In this document: positions 43,133-53,639 of the stretch, one piece after another | Layout of the letters: every line of letters starts with the position of its first letter | Numbering within the stretch: position 1 is the stretch's first letter | NCBI GenBank assembly: GCA_945861875.1 | Contig: CAMAWC010000001.1 | Location: 41,805-105,804 of the forward strand | Length of the DNA: 64,000 bases | DNA from: Bordetella parapertussis | GTDB taxonomy: Bacteria; Pseudomonadota; Gammaproteobacteria; Burkholderiales; SG8-39 | Reading direction: 5' to 3' | The notes under the pieces: generated by a model | What the model was told of the DNA's origin: nothing | The model's input: only the letters and a program-made list of their open reading frames with translations | Databases searched by the model: none | Made by a program: the position numbers and the translations under genes

Positions 43133-44629
43133 ATGGAATTTAGCACGAAAGTCAGCCCACCGGAATTATGCGCCGGCCCCTGTGTCGCGGTCGGCGTCTA
43201 TGAAGCGGGGCGCCTGTCGGCGGCCGCGCAGGCAATCGATCGCGCCAGCGGCGGCGCACTGCGCGACCTCGCCGGCAAAGGTGACCTGCCGGGTCGGGTC
43301 GGGGCCACACGGGTGCTCTATGGGCTTGCCGGCGTGGCGGCCGAGCGCGTCCTCCTCGTCGGCCTCGGCAAGCAGGAGGATTTCGCGGCGCGCGGGTATC
43401 TGCTTGCCGCCAAGGCCGCAGTACAGGCGCTGGCCGAAACCGGGGCGCAAAGCGGCGTGCTCTATTTCGCCGAATTGCCGGTCCAGCGCCGCGATGCGAT
43501 CTGGAAAGCCCGCCATTTCATGCTCGCCGCCGGTGACGCAAGCTACCGCTTCGAACAGCTTAAGAGCGAAAAAAGCCAGCCGCGCCCGCTCTCGACGCTG
43601 GTACTGGGCTGTATCAGCAAAGCCAACGCCACGGCGGTTGCAAAAGGCGCCGCGGAAGGCAATGCCATTGCCGCCGGCGTTGCCCTGGCCAAAGACCTCG
43701 GCAACCTGCCCGGCAACATCTGCACGCCCACCTATCTAGCCAGCGAGGCCGCAAGACTCGCGCGCGCATGGAAACTCGGCATAGAGGTGCTGGAACAGCG
43801 CGACATGGAAAAGCTCGGCATGGGGTCGCTGCTCTCGGTATCAAAGGGCTCGCGCCAGCCACCTAAACTGATCATCCTGCGCTATAACGGCGGCGCGAAA
43901 AAAGAAAAACCCGTCGTCCTCGTCGGCAAGGGCATTACCTTCGACACCGGTGGCATCTCGCTCAAGCCGGCGCCCGAAATGGACGAGATGAAGTTCGACA
44001 TGTGCGGCGCGGCAAGCGTGCTCGGCTCGCTGCTGGCGGCTGCGCAAATGAAACTGCGGATCAACATCATCGGCATGATCCCGACCTGCGAAAACATGCC
44101 AGGCGGGGCGGCCTCCAAGCCTGGCGATGTTGTCACAAGCCTGTCCGGCCAGACTATCGAAATACTCAATACCGACGCCGAAGGCCGGCTGATCCTGTGC
44201 GATGCGCTCACTTATGCAGAACGATTCGAACCGGCCGCCGTGGTCGACATCGCCACCCTCACCGGCGCCTGCGTGATTGCCCTCGGGCACGTCGCCAGCG
44301 GACTGTACTCCAACCGCGACAGCCTTTCGCGCGAACTGGCCGCAGCCGGCGAGGAATCATGGGACCGCGCCTGGCCAATGCCCTTGTGGGATGACTACCA
44401 GGACCAGCTCAAGTCCAATTTCGCCGACATGGCCAACATCGGTGGCCGGCCTGCCGGCAGCGTTACCGCCGCCTGCTTTTTGTCGCGCTACACGGCAAAG
44501 TACGACTGGGCCCACCTTGACATCGCCGGCACGGCCTGGAAATCAGGCAAGGAAAAGGGGTCGACCGGCAGGCCGGTTCCGCTGCTGACCAGCTTCCTGA
44601 TGAAGCGGGCCGGGAAACTCAAACGGTGA
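43133..44629 (+). CDS. pepA: Leucyl aminopeptidase (M17)
   Basis: 498 aa from ATG 43133 with the M17 signature NTDAEGRLILCDAL and VGKGITFDTGGISLKP. The 170 upstream codons of the track ORF are antisense to lptF and are rejected. Confidence 0.9.
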   Translation: MEFSTKVSPPELCAGPCVAVGVYEAGRLSAAAQAIDRASGGALRDLAGKGDLPGRVGATRVLYGLAGVAAERVLLVGLGKQEDFAARGYLLAAKAAVQALAETGAQSGVLYFAELPVQRRDAIWKARHFMLAAGDASYRFEQLKSEKSQPRPLSTLVLGCISKANATAVAKGAAEGNAIAAGVALAKDLGNLPGNICTPTYLASEAARLARAWKLGIEVLEQRDMEKLGMGSLLSVSKGSRQPPKLIILRYNGGAKKEKPVVLVGKGITFDTGGISLKPAPEMDEMKFDMCGAASVLGSLLAAAQMKLRINIIGMIPTCENMPGGAASKPGDVVTSLSGQTIEILNTDAEGRLILCDALTYAERFEPAAVVDIATLTGACVIALGHVASGLYSNRDSLSRELAAAGEESWDRAWPMPLWDDYQDQLKSNFADMANIGGRPAGSVTAACFLSRYTAKYDWAHLDIAGTAWKSGKEKGSTGRPVPLLTSFLMKRAGKLKR

Positions 44630-44713
44630 AAACAAGAGTGCGCTGCATGCATACGCGCGATTGCCGCGTGCGCGCGCTTGGCCCGCCGTCCCCGCACCGG
44701 ATACGCGCCTGAA

Positions 44714-45139
44714 ATGACCCGCATCAATTTTTATCACGACGCCCCGGACAAGCACCTCGCCGCATGCAAGGTGGTGGCCAAAGCGGTTCAGCAAAAATTG
44801 CGCGTGCTGATCTATGCCCGCGACAAGGCCGTAATCGACCATGTCGACAGACTGCTCTGGACCTGGCAGGCGAACGGCTTTGTGCCCCACTGCGCGGCCT
44901 CCCACCCGCTGGCCGCTCAAACGCCGGTACTGTTGAGCCAGGACTGCGCCACTCTCGCGCACGACGAAGTGCTGCTCAACCTTGACAGCGAATGCCCGCC
45001 TGGTTTTGCGCGCTTCCAGAGACTGGTGGAAATCGTCGGTGTCGACGAAACCGAGCGCAACAGCGGCCGCGAACGTTTTCGCTTCTACCGCGAGCGCGGC
45101 TACCCGATACAGGCGCACCGGCTGGGCGGCGCCGATTGA
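44714..45139 (+). CDS. holC: DNA polymerase III chi subunit
   Basis: MTRINFYHDAPDKHLAACKVVAKA...LLWTWQANGFVPH. 141 aa, in the conserved position after pepA. Confidence 0.8.
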   Translation: MTRINFYHDAPDKHLAACKVVAKAVQQKLRVLIYARDKAVIDHVDRLLWTWQANGFVPHCAASHPLAAQTPVLLSQDCATLAHDEVLLNLDSECPPGFARFQRLVEIVGVDETERNSGRERFRFYRERGYPIQAHRLGGAD

Positions 45140-45181
45140 CTCGATGAGCACAACCACCACCATCTCCGTCCGGGGAATTTC

Positions 45182-45610
45182 GTGACCGATACGGACAAAG
45201 CGGACGAACTCCTCGGCAAGGCCGATGCCCTGCTCGGCCGCTACCGCCACGGTGCGCCGGCGACGCTGTCGGAAGCGAGCGCCGATTTTCCCGTCCTGAC
45301 CGAAGTCGTGGAGCTTCCGGCTGATCCTGTCACGACGACAGCCGAATCGCGCGGCCCCGCCGGCACCGGCGCTGAAATAGACGCGGTGCAACTGCGTGAA
45401 CAGATTCTCGCCACCCTCGCTCCCGAACTGGAAAAGCGCCTCACCGACACGCTCAAACCGCGCACCGCAGAGTTGCTCGACTATGCAATGCAGACGGTGC
45501 AGCTTGAACTCGGGCTGAGCATCCGCGCCGCCGTTCGAAGCGCCGTTGCCGAAGCCGTGGACGAAGCCCTGGCAGCACGGCACCACGGCAAAATCGCGAA
45601 CGCGCCTTAG
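45182..45610 (+). CDS. Hypothetical acidic Ala-rich protein
   Basis: 142-aa ORF with a GTG start between holC and valS. No recognisable motif. Coding status rests only on ORF length and codon-like composition. Confidence 0.4.
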   Translation: MTDTDKADELLGKADALLGRYRHGAPATLSEASADFPVLTEVVELPADPVTTTAESRGPAGTGAEIDAVQLREQILATLAPELEKRLTDTLKPRTAELLDYAMQTVQLELGLSIRAAVRSAVAEAVDEALAARHHGKIANAP

Positions 45611-45859
45611 ACCCTTACGCACCCCGGCCGGCGGGAAGCACAATCGGCTGGAAACCCGCACCAGCCGGGCATCTTCAGTCATCGGCGTCTCGCGGCAGGC
45701 CGTTCGCGTGAAGGTCGACCGGTGATTCGAAGCCATCGGCGAGGATCGATTCCCGGCTGCCCTCCGTTATAATCGGAGGCTATCGGCGCGTTGGCAGCCG
45801 CAAGTTCATGCCAGACGCGCTTTTTTCATTGTGTATCGCATCCGCAGGCCAGGCACTTC

Positions 45860-48673
45860 ATGGAACTCCCCAAAAGCTTTGATCCGCACGCCATAGAACG
45901 CCACTGGTACCCGGAGTGGGAATCGCGCGGCTACTTTGCGCACTCGGGCAAGAATTCGGACAAGGACGCGGGCAACGGTGTGGGGGGCGCCTATTGCATC
46001 CAGTTGCCGCCGCCCAACGTCACCGGCACGCTGCACATGGGACACGCCTTCCAGCAAACGCTGATGGATGCGCTCATCCGCTACCACCGCATGCTCGGGC
46101 AGAACACCAACTGGGTGGTCGGCACCGACCACGCCGGCATCGCCACGCAGATCGTCGTCGAGCGCCAGTTGCAGGCCGAGGGCAAGACACGCCACGACCT
46201 CGGGCGCAAAGCTTTTCTCGAGCGCGTCTGGGACTGGAAGCAGGAGTCCGGCGCCACCATCACGCGCCAGATGCGCCGCATCGGCGCCTCGGCAAACTGG
46301 ACCTACGCCGACACCGAGGGGCAGGGGGCCGGCTACTTCACCATGGATGAAACCATGTCGCGTGCCGTCGCCGAGGTGTTCGTGCGCCTGCATGAGGAGG
46401 GGCTGATCTATCGCGGCAAACGGCTTGTCAACTGGGACCCGGTGCTTGGCACCGCGGTATCCGACCTTGAGGTGGACAGCGAGGAGGAAGACGGGAAAAT
46501 CTGGGAGATCCGCTACCCTTTCGAGGACGGCAGCGGATCGTTGGTGGTGGCCACCACACGTCCCGAGACCATGCTTGGCGACGCCGCCGTTGCGGTCAAC
46601 CCCAAGGACGAGCGCTACGCTGCCATGATCGGCAAGCGCATCACACTGCCGCTCACCGGCCGCAGCATTCCGGTCATCGCCGATGACTACGTCGACCCGG
46701 CCTTCGGCACCGGTTGCGTGAAAATCACCCCGGCGCACGATTTCAACGACTACCAGGTCGGCCAGCGGCACCAGCTGGCGCTGATCAACATGCTTACCCT
46801 TGATGCGAAAATCAGCGACGACGCTCCGGCGGCATACCGCGGACTCGACCGTTTTGATGCGCGCAAGAAAATGCTCGCAGACCTGCAGACCCAGAACCTG
46901 CTTGTTTCCGAGAAGCCCTACAAGCTGCGCGTGCCGCGCTCCGGCCGCACCGGCGTCATCGTCGAACCGATGCTAACCGACCAGTGGTTCGTAAAAATGG
47001 ACGGCCTGGCAAAACAAGGCCTCGATGCGGTGGCAACCGGTGCGGTCAAATTCCACCCCGAGCACTGGGCCACCACCTACAACCACTGGCTGGAAAACAT
47101 CCAGGATTGGTGTATCTCGCGCCAGCTCTGGTGGGGACACCAGATCCCGGCCTGGTACGACGGGGCGGGCAACATTTACGTCGCGCGCACCGAAGGAGAT
47201 GCAAAAAAACAGGCGGCGGCAAAAGGGCACCAGGGCGAACTAAGGCGCGACGAGGACGTGCTCGACACCTGGTTCTCCTCGGCACTGGTGCCTTTCACCT
47301 CCCTTGGCTGGCCGGCGAAAACCCGCGACCTTGCGGCCTTCCTGCCCTCCTCCGTCCTGGTTACCGGCTTTGACATCATATTTTTCTGGGTCGCCCGGAT
47401 GATCATGATGAGCCTGCATTTCACCGGCAAGGTGCCGTTCCGCGATGTCTATATCAATGCCCTGGTGCGCGACGCCGAGGGCCAGAAGATGTCCAAGTCC
47501 AAGGGCAATACGCTCGATCCGCTCGACCTGATCGACGGCATCACCCTCGACGCGCTGCTGGAAAAATCCACGGTCGGGTTGATGCGCGCCGACCACAAGG
47601 CAAAAATCGAGAAGTACGTGCGCAAGAACTACCCCGATGGCATTGCCTCATTCGGCTCGGATGCGCTGCGCTTCACCTTCGCCTCGCTAGCCACCTTTGC
47701 CCGCACCCTCAACTTCGACCTGTCGCGCTGCGAGGGCTACCGCAACTTCTGTAACAAGCTGTGGAATGCCACGCGCTTTGTGCTGATGAACACCGAGGGC
47801 AAGGACTGCGGCGTCGACGAATCCCTGCCGATCGAACTGTCGGCCGCCGACCGCTGGATAATCAGCCTGCTGCAACGCACCGAAGCAGAGGTGGCGAAAG
47901 GCTTTGCCGAGTACCGCTTCGACAACGCCGCAGCCGCAATCTATAAATTTGTCTGGGACGAGTACTGCGACTGGTATGTCGAACTGGCCAAGGTGCAATT
48001 GGCCGAAGCGCAAATGAGCGGCAATGAGGCGCAGCAGCGCGGCACCCGTCGCACGCTGGTGCGCGTGCTGGAGGCGGTCCTGCGCCTGGCACACCCCATT
48101 ATCCCGTTTATCACCGAGGAGCTTTGGCAGACCGTCGCCCCGCTGGCCGGGAAAACCGGCGCCAGCATCATGCTCGCGCCCTACCCGCAATCGCAGCCGG
48201 AAAAAATAGACGCCGCTGCCGAGGCCGACATGACCTACCTCAAGGATCTGATCCTCGCCTGCCGCAACCTGCGCGGCGAAATGAAACTCTCGCCGGCCGA
48301 ACGCGTTCCGTTGCTCGCCAGCGGCGACAAATCGCGGCTCGAAGCCGCCTTTCCCTACCTCAAGGCGCTGGGCAGGCTGTCAGAAGCCAGTGTCGAGACG
48401 GTACTGCCGGAGGCCGACGCGCCGGTCGCGGTGGTCGGTGACACGCGGCTGATGCTGAAGATTCAAATCGACGTCAACGCCGAGCGCGACCGCCTGGGCA
48501 AGGAAATCACCCGTTTGGAGGGTGAAGTCACCAGGGCGAATGCGAAGCTTTCCAACGCGAGTTTTGTCGAACGCGCCCCGGCGAACGTGGTGGCACAGGA
48601 AAAAGAACGCCTTGCCGGCTTTGTCGCGACGCTGGACAAGCTGCGCCAGCAGCTCGGAAAACTCAAGGGCTAG
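45860..48673 (+). CDS. valS: Valyl-tRNA synthetase
   Basis: 937 aa from ATG 45860 with HIGH-type motif (LHMGHAF), KMSKS (KMSKSKGN) and a C-terminal coiled coil. Confidence 0.95.
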   Translation: MELPKSFDPHAIERHWYPEWESRGYFAHSGKNSDKDAGNGVGGAYCIQLPPPNVTGTLHMGHAFQQTLMDALIRYHRMLGQNTNWVVGTDHAGIATQIVVERQLQAEGKTRHDLGRKAFLERVWDWKQESGATITRQMRRIGASANWTYADTEGQGAGYFTMDETMSRAVAEVFVRLHEEGLIYRGKRLVNWDPVLGTAVSDLEVDSEEEDGKIWEIRYPFEDGSGSLVVATTRPETMLGDAAVAVNPKDERYAAMIGKRITLPLTGRSIPVIADDYVDPAFGTGCVKITPAHDFNDYQVGQRHQLALINMLTLDAKISDDAPAAYRGLDRFDARKKMLADLQTQNLLVSEKPYKLRVPRSGRTGVIVEPMLTDQWFVKMDGLAKQGLDAVATGAVKFHPEHWATTYNHWLENIQDWCISRQLWWGHQIPAWYDGAGNIYVARTEGDAKKQAAAKGHQGELRRDEDVLDTWFSSALVPFTSLGWPAKTRDLAAFLPSSVLVTGFDIIFFWVARMIMMSLHFTGKVPFRDVYINALVRDAEGQKMSKSKGNTLDPLDLIDGITLDALLEKSTVGLMRADHKAKIEKYVRKNYPDGIASFGSDALRFTFASLATFARTLNFDLSRCEGYRNFCNKLWNATRFVLMNTEGKDCGVDESLPIELSAADRWIISLLQRTEAEVAKGFAEYRFDNAAAAIYKFVWDEYCDWYVELAKVQLAEAQMSGNEAQQRGTRRTLVRVLEAVLRLAHPIIPFITEELWQTVAPLAGKTGASIMLAPYPQSQPEKIDAAAEADMTYLKDLILACRNLRGEMKLSPAERVPLLASGDKSRLEAAFPYLKALGRLSEASVETVLPEADAPVAVVGDTRLMLKIQIDVNAERDRLGKEITRLEGEVTRANAKLSNASFVERAPANVVAQEKERLAGFVATLDKLRQQLGKLKG

Positions 48674-48677
48674 GCGC

Positions 48678-49940
48678 ATGAAAACGCCGGCGGCCCTGCG
48701 CGCGTTCCGGCATCCGAATTTCCGCCTGTTCTTCGTCGGCCAAAGCGGGTCGATGATAGGCACCTGGATGCAGCAGATCGCCGTGAGCTGGCTGGTCTAC
48801 CGGCTCACCGGTTCGGCGCTTTTGCTCGGCCTTGTCGGCTTTGCCTCGAATATCGCCTACCTCGTAGTGTCCCCGGTGGTGGCCATTTTCATCGACCGCT
48901 ACGACCGCCGCCGCCTGCTCATGGCGGCGCAGGGCGCCAGCGCCCTGCTTTCATTGCTGCTTGCTGCCCTGACTTTTTTCGGTGTCGTCAGCGCATGGCA
49001 CATCATCGCCATCATGCTCGGGATCGGCGTGGCCACCGCGCTTGAAACACCGACGCGCCACGCCTTCATCCTGGACCTCGTCGAACACAAGGAGAACCTG
49101 CCCAACGCGATCGCCCTCAATGCGTCACTGTTCCAGATGGCGCGCTTCGTCGGGCCCGCCCTCGCCGGCGTCTTTATTGCCGCGTTCGGCGAGGCCTGGT
49201 GTTTTGTCGTCAACGCGGCCTCCTACGCCTGGATCCTGCTGGTCCTGACACGCATCAAGACCCTGCCACGGCCGGAAACGACGCAACGACGCGACTGGGC
49301 CGAAGACTTGCGCGCCGGCTTTCGTTTCGTATTCGGCATGATGCCCTTGCGGCGCCTGGTCATCATGCTCGGGGTGGTAAGCGTGTTCGGCGCGTCCTAC
49401 CAGATGCTGATGCCGCTCGTGGCAGCGCAGGTTTTCGGCGGCGACTCCAGCACCTTCGGATTCCTGATCGGCTGCTCGGGCCTGGGCGCGCTGTGCGGGT
49501 CGCTTTACCTGGCGGGGCGCAAACGGGTACCCGGCCTGGGACGCTTTGTCGCCGCCGGGCCGCTGATCTCCGGCACCGGGTTGGTGCTCATCTCGCAAAC
49601 CGGCACGGCACCGTTTGGAATGGCCTGCATGCTGCTGATCGGCTTTGGCATCATCATTACCGCGGCCTCGACCAACACCCTGCTACAAAGCGTCGCCGAC
49701 GAGGACAAGCGCGGACGCGTTGTCGGCATTTACGTGATGATATTTCTGGGCATGCAACCGCTGGGCAATCTCGCCGCCGGGACCCTCGCCGACATGCTGG
49801 GTGCACAAAACGCGCTGCTGCTCAACGGACTGGTGGCGATTGCCGTTTCATTGTGGTTCATAGCCGGGTATGGCGCGTGGCGGCGCGCGATGCGCCCGCT
49901 TTACGAGCGCGCCGGCCTGCTGGAACAGAGGACCGGTTAG
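48678..49940 (+). CDS. MFS transporter (12 TM)
   Basis: 420 aa from ATG 48678 (MKTPAALRAFRHPNFRLFFVGQSGSMIGTWMQ..), 4 nt after the valS stop. Substrate unknown. Confidence 0.8.
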   Translation: MKTPAALRAFRHPNFRLFFVGQSGSMIGTWMQQIAVSWLVYRLTGSALLLGLVGFASNIAYLVVSPVVAIFIDRYDRRRLLMAAQGASALLSLLLAALTFFGVVSAWHIIAIMLGIGVATALETPTRHAFILDLVEHKENLPNAIALNASLFQMARFVGPALAGVFIAAFGEAWCFVVNAASYAWILLVLTRIKTLPRPETTQRRDWAEDLRAGFRFVFGMMPLRRLVIMLGVVSVFGASYQMLMPLVAAQVFGGDSSTFGFLIGCSGLGALCGSLYLAGRKRVPGLGRFVAAGPLISGTGLVLISQTGTAPFGMACMLLIGFGIIITAASTNTLLQSVADEDKRGRVVGIYVMIFLGMQPLGNLAAGTLADMLGAQNALLLNGLVAIAVSLWFIAGYGAWRRAMRPLYERAGLLEQRTG

Positions 49941-49994
49941 CAAGGAATTGACGAAGGGGGGCGCCCCTTTGAATCCCCCGCTTCATGGAAAATC

Positions 49995-50026
49995 AATAAC
50001 GGCCTGCTCGATTCCCGTTATTTTTT
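49995..50026. terminator. Hairpin terminator shared by convergent MFS and tusA genes
   Basis: AATAACGG-12 nt-CCGTTATT followed by TTTT on the plus strand. The stem includes the tusA stop codon. A second GC hairpin (AAGGGG-ggcg-CCCCTT) lies at about 49953-49970. Confidence 0.5.
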
Positions 50027-50245
50027 CTGCATGAAAAAAGTGAATTCCTTGTCATTGGCCGATTGATCGACCAGCGCATTGCCAGTTTGCCTGGCGAAGG
50101 CCTGAAAATCCTTAACCGACCCCGGATCGGTCGCGACGATGCGCAGCACCTGCCCGCTTTGCATGTCGGTGAGCGCCTTCTTGGTACGCAGGATGGGCAG
50201 CGGGCAGTTGAGTCCGCGGGCATCCACTTCTTTGTCGAAATTCAT
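50018..50245 (-). CDS. tusA: TusA/SirA-family sulfur-carrier protein
   Basis: 75-aa ORF with the conserved Cys motif DARGLNCPLPILRTKKAL. Confidence 0.85.
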   Translation of the reverse strand: MNFDKEVDARGLNCPLPILRTKKALTDMQSGQVLRIVATDPGSVKDFQAFARQTGNALVDQSANDKEFTFFMQKK

Positions 50246-50398
50246 CGGCAGGTCCTCGTTGCGGCGGCATGGTGCACGCCATCAGCAGTCAAGCGGGTCA
50301 CTATACCAAATCGGCCTGCTGGCGTAAGCCCCCGCTGCGCCGACGGCGGTTACAGCCCGGGTTGCAAAACCGAAGCGCCAAACCTAAACTTCCCCTTG

Positions 50399-50414
50399 TG
50401 GCATCCTGATTGCG
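50399..50414 (+). promoter_or_regulatory. Sigma54-like -24/-12 element, TGGCATcctgaTTGCg
   Basis: GG and GC are at the consensus spacing, with one mismatch (T for C at the sixth position). Located 112 nt upstream of the chrB-like ATG. Its -12 half is the first unit of the 12-bp tandem array. Confidence 0.4.
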
Positions 50415-50477
50415 AGGCTGATTGCGAGGCTGATTGCAAGACTGATTGCAAGTCTGATTGCGAGGCTGATTGTAAGG
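50406..50477. repeat. Tandem 12-bp repeat, six units (CTGATTGCGAGG x3 plus CTGATTGCAAGA, CTGATTGCAAGT and CTGATTGTAAGG variants)
   Basis: Read directly from the sequence. It lies in the 280-bp divergent intergenic region between tusA and the chrB-like gene. Confidence 0.9.
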
Positions 50478-50525
50478 CCGACGCCAACCGGTGGCAGGCG
50501 TTAACAGATCCCGAAAAAGGCAGCA

Positions 50526-51494
50526 GTGGCTACCGAAAAGAACACGACCGATGGCGAGCGCTGGCTGGTGTACGTGACCACGCTTCCTGTCGATGACCCT
50601 GCCGCGCGCATGCGCATACTGCGCACCCTCGATTCGCTCGGCTGCGCCGCCATGCGCGAGGGTGTGTTTGTGCTTCCCGACTCGCCGGCCAACCGCCTGG
50701 GCCTGTCCCGCTTGTCCGAGCATGTGACGCGCATCAACGGTACCGCCCACCTGCTGCAAGTCGCCAGCGACCGGGCACAGGCACAGGTGTTTCGCGGCTT
50801 TTTCGACCGCTCGGATAAATACGACGAGCTGATCAAGGCCGTCGAGGGACTGCGATTGGCCTTTGGCATTTCAGACCCGGGCGCGATCGCCCGCGTACTG
50901 AACAAGCACAGGCGTGAATTCGACGAACTTTCCGGTCTCGATTTTTTTCCGTCAGTGGCACGCGAGCGGGCGGCGAAAATTTTGACGGGAATTGAGTCGC
51001 AAGTGCATGCCTTGATGTTCCCGGACGCGCCAAAGGAAGGCCACACCGCCGCCTCCGACCAGCAATATTTCAACAGCGTCTGGGCGACAAAAAAGCCCGT
51101 CTGGACCGATCGCCTGGCCTCGGCCTGGCTGATCCGGCGATTTATCGACCCCGAGGCGACACTCATCTGGCTGGAAAAAAGCCAGGCCTGCCCCCCCTCG
51201 GCAGTCGGCTTTGCCTTCGAGGGGGCGCAGTTTTCAAACAGCAAGACACGGGTGACTTTTGAGGAGTTGCTGGTCAATTTCGGGCTGACCGGCAACGCCG
51301 CGCTGGTGCGCATAGGCAAACTGGTGCATGCCCTGGATACCGGCGGGGCGACGGTGCCGGAAGCCGCCGGCGTGGAGACACTGCTGCAGGGGGCGCGCCG
51401 CCGCAGCACCAGCGATCCGGAGTTGCTCGCGGAAAGCGAAAAGACCTTCGACCTTTTATTCGAAGCGTATTTCGAGGCGCCGGGAAAAACCTGA
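50526..51494 (+). CDS. ChrB-family (chromate-resistance regulator-like) protein
   Basis: 322-aa ORF. WLVYVTTLPVDDPAARMRILRTLDSLGCAAMREGVFVLP at the N-terminus and WATKKPVWTDRLASAWLIRRFIDPEATLIW..GFAFEGAQFSNSKTRVTFEELL at the C-terminus match ChrB N- and C-domains from memory. No chrA is present in the window. Confidence 0.75.
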   Translation: MATEKNTTDGERWLVYVTTLPVDDPAARMRILRTLDSLGCAAMREGVFVLPDSPANRLGLSRLSEHVTRINGTAHLLQVASDRAQAQVFRGFFDRSDKYDELIKAVEGLRLAFGISDPGAIARVLNKHRREFDELSGLDFFPSVARERAAKILTGIESQVHALMFPDAPKEGHTAASDQQYFNSVWATKKPVWTDRLASAWLIRRFIDPEATLIWLEKSQACPPSAVGFAFEGAQFSNSKTRVTFEELLVNFGLTGNAALVRIGKLVHALDTGGATVPEAAGVETLLQGARRRSTSDPELLAESEKTFDLLFEAYFEAPGKT

Positions 51495-51533
51495 ACTAAA
51501 CACCGTTGCGCCGCATGGCGCGCCGTCGCGGGT

Positions 51534-52982
51534 TTACGGTTTTTTACGCGACTCGGCCTGGAGTTTGGCGCGCAACTCGCGCAGCCGGGCATCGACCCCG
51601 GACATTTGGTAAAAATCGCCGTCCCCGCCTTTTTGCGCCATTTCCAGCTGCTCGATGGCCGCGGAAAGCCTGCCCTGAAGAATATAGAGCTGCGCCTGCG
51701 CCTGGTGTTGCAGCAGGCGCCTGCCCAGGGCGGCATATGACCTGGCCTGCATGCCGTAGAGCCGCGCATCATCCGGATGACCGCGCAGCATTACGCTGAT
51801 TCCGTCAAGCGCCTCCTGGTGCAACCCGCCCGCCTGCTGCATCTCGATGTAGGCATAGTTCAGCGGACGGTTGTCCGGGTTCTGCACCAGCGCCTCGCGC
51901 AGCGTTGCGCGCGCCGCGGCGGCATCCCCGGCGTCGCGCTTCACCCTGGCGCTGAGGGCCACCACCATCGGCGGCAACCGCCCCTGGGCGCGCAGCGTTG
52001 CAATCTCGCGCTCGGCGCGCGGGAACTCCCGCGCCCGGGCAAGCGCGACCGCATAGCCATAGCGCGCCGCAAACTCGGTGGCAAAACGCCGTTCACGCAG
52101 GGATTCTTCAAAATACACCACAGCATCGTGCGCGCTGCCCTGCTCGGCACGCAACTTGGCGCGAACCAGCTGGAAATCCACACTGTCTGGCACCTGGCGG
52201 TAGGCTTCATCCTTGACGCGGTTTTGCATGTCGGCGACGCGTTCCCCGCTCAGCGGGTGGGTGCGCAGGTAGGCTGGTGCGTTGCTCTCGGCCAGGCGGG
52301 AGTTTTTCTGCAAACGCTCGAAAAACGCGGCCATGCCCTGGACGTTGAAATTGGCGCGCTGCAGTGTCTGGAACCCGGTCCGGTCGGCTTCGCGCTCAAA
52401 ATCGCGGCTGAAATTGAGCTGTGCCGCCACCGCCCCGGCCTGCGTGCTCATGGCCGCAACCTGTCCCGCTTCGCTGCTCACGCGAGAGGCGACTAGGGCC
52501 AGCGCAAGGCCCGCCAGCGCCATGGTGGAGAGCTGGCTTTGATTGCTGATCTGCCGCGCCAGGTGGCGCTGGGTGACGTGGGCGATCTCGTGCGCGAGCA
52601 CCCCGGCCAGTTCCGATTCGGACTGGGCGGCCATGATCAGGCCGGTATGCACGCCGATATAGCCGCCGGGCATGGCAAAGGCGTTCAGCGTCGCGTCACG
52701 GATGATGAAAAACTCGAATTCCTGGCGCGCATCGGCGCTGACCGCGACCAGGCGATAGCCCAGGGTATTGAGGTAGTCGGCCAGTTCCGGATCATCGTTG
52801 AAGCTCAGGTCACGCCGTATATCGTGCATGATATTTTCACCCAGGCGTTTTTCCTCCAGCGCCGAAAAGGTGGCCTGCGAATTATCCCCAAGGTCGGGCA
52901 AGTCCTGCGCCGCCCCCTGTGGCAGCCACAACACCAGCGCCAGCGGCGGCAACAACAACAACAAGAAGTAAGTAATGCGCAT
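51534..52982 (-). CDS. Periplasmic M48 metalloprotease with C-terminal TPR domain (BepA/YfgC-like)
   Basis: Signal peptide, zinc motif HEIAHVTQRH and C-terminal TPR-like repeats. Confidence 0.85.
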   Translation of the reverse strand: MRITYFLLLLLPPLALVLWLPQGAAQDLPDLGDNSQATFSALEEKRLGENIMHDIRRDLSFNDDPELADYLNTLGYRLVAVSADARQEFEFFIIRDATLNAFAMPGGYIGVHTGLIMAAQSESELAGVLAHEIAHVTQRHLARQISNQSQLSTMALAGLALALVASRVSSEAGQVAAMSTQAGAVAAQLNFSRDFEREADRTGFQTLQRANFNVQGMAAFFERLQKNSRLAESNAPAYLRTHPLSGERVADMQNRVKDEAYRQVPDSVDFQLVRAKLRAEQGSAHDAVVYFEESLRERRFATEFAARYGYAVALARAREFPRAEREIATLRAQGRLPPMVVALSARVKRDAGDAAAARATLREALVQNPDNRPLNYAYIEMQQAGGLHQEALDGISVMLRGHPDDARLYGMQARSYAALGRRLLQHQAQAQLYILQGRLSAAIEQLEMAQKGGDGDFYQMSGVDARLRELRAKLQAESRKKP

Positions 52983-53025
52983 CGCAATATGATACCGTTA
53001 GTATCCTTAAAGTTCCCGAAAACGC

Positions 53026-53541
53026 TTGCAAAACAATCCGATGGCAAAAACCGACCCGGCAAACGCGCTGACCCATTTCGATGCCCACGGCCAGGCACAC
53101 ATGGTCGATGTAGGCGGCAAGCAGGAAACCCACCGCGTGGCGCGCGCGCGCGGCATTATTCGCATGCTGCCGGCGACATTCGAACTGGTGCGCTCCGGAT
53201 CAAGCAAAAAAGGCGACATCATCGGCATTGCCCGCCTCGCCGCCATTCAGGCTGCCAAACGCACCGCCGACCTCATCCCGCTTTGCCATCCGCTTGCCAT
53301 AACCCGCATTGCCGCCGAGTTCGAACTCGATGCCCCGGGCGCCGGCGTAAGCCTCGAGGTCACGGTCGAGACCTTCGGCCGTACCGGCGTCGAAATGGAA
53401 GCGCTCACCGCGGTAAGCGTCGGCCTTCTGACCATTTATGATATGTGCAAGGCCGTAGACCGCGGCATGCACGTCGAGGAAATCCGGCTGCTGGAAAAAT
53501 CCGGCGGCAAATCGGGACGCTTCCTGCACAATTCCCCCTGA
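53026..53541 (+). CDS. moaC: Cyclic pyranopterin monophosphate synthase accessory protein
   Basis: [18 protein letters not shown].., ..[14 protein letters not shown].., ..[21 protein letters not shown]... The start could be 53041 instead. Confidence 0.9.
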   Translation: MQNNPMAKTDPANALTHFDAHGQAHMVDVGGKQETHRVARARGIIRMLPATFELVRSGSSKKGDIIGIARLAAIQAAKRTADLIPLCHPLAITRIAAEFELDAPGAGVSLEVTVETFGRTGVEMEALTAVSVGLLTIYDMCKAVDRGMHVEEIRLLEKSGGKSGRFLHNSP

Positions 53542-53639
53542 AAGTTCACCGCCCTGCCCGGTCGACACACTTTGTTACCCCCTTCCGCGGCAGGCACGGC
53601 TAGACTGTCGGCACCTTCCGCATTCCCCGCAGATTTAAC

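Noticed and set aside
50063-50596. 177-aa ORF encoding a (DCEA/DCKx)n tetrapeptide repeat across the 12-bp array.
   Set aside because: It is out of frame with the chrB-like gene and overlaps the tusA coding region antisense. It has no RBS, and the repeat peptide is simply the translation of the DNA repeat.
52983-53025. Possible Moco riboswitch upstream of moaC.
   Set aside because: The intergenic spacer is only about 43-58 nt and is shared with the divergent M48 protease gene, which is too short for that RNA.
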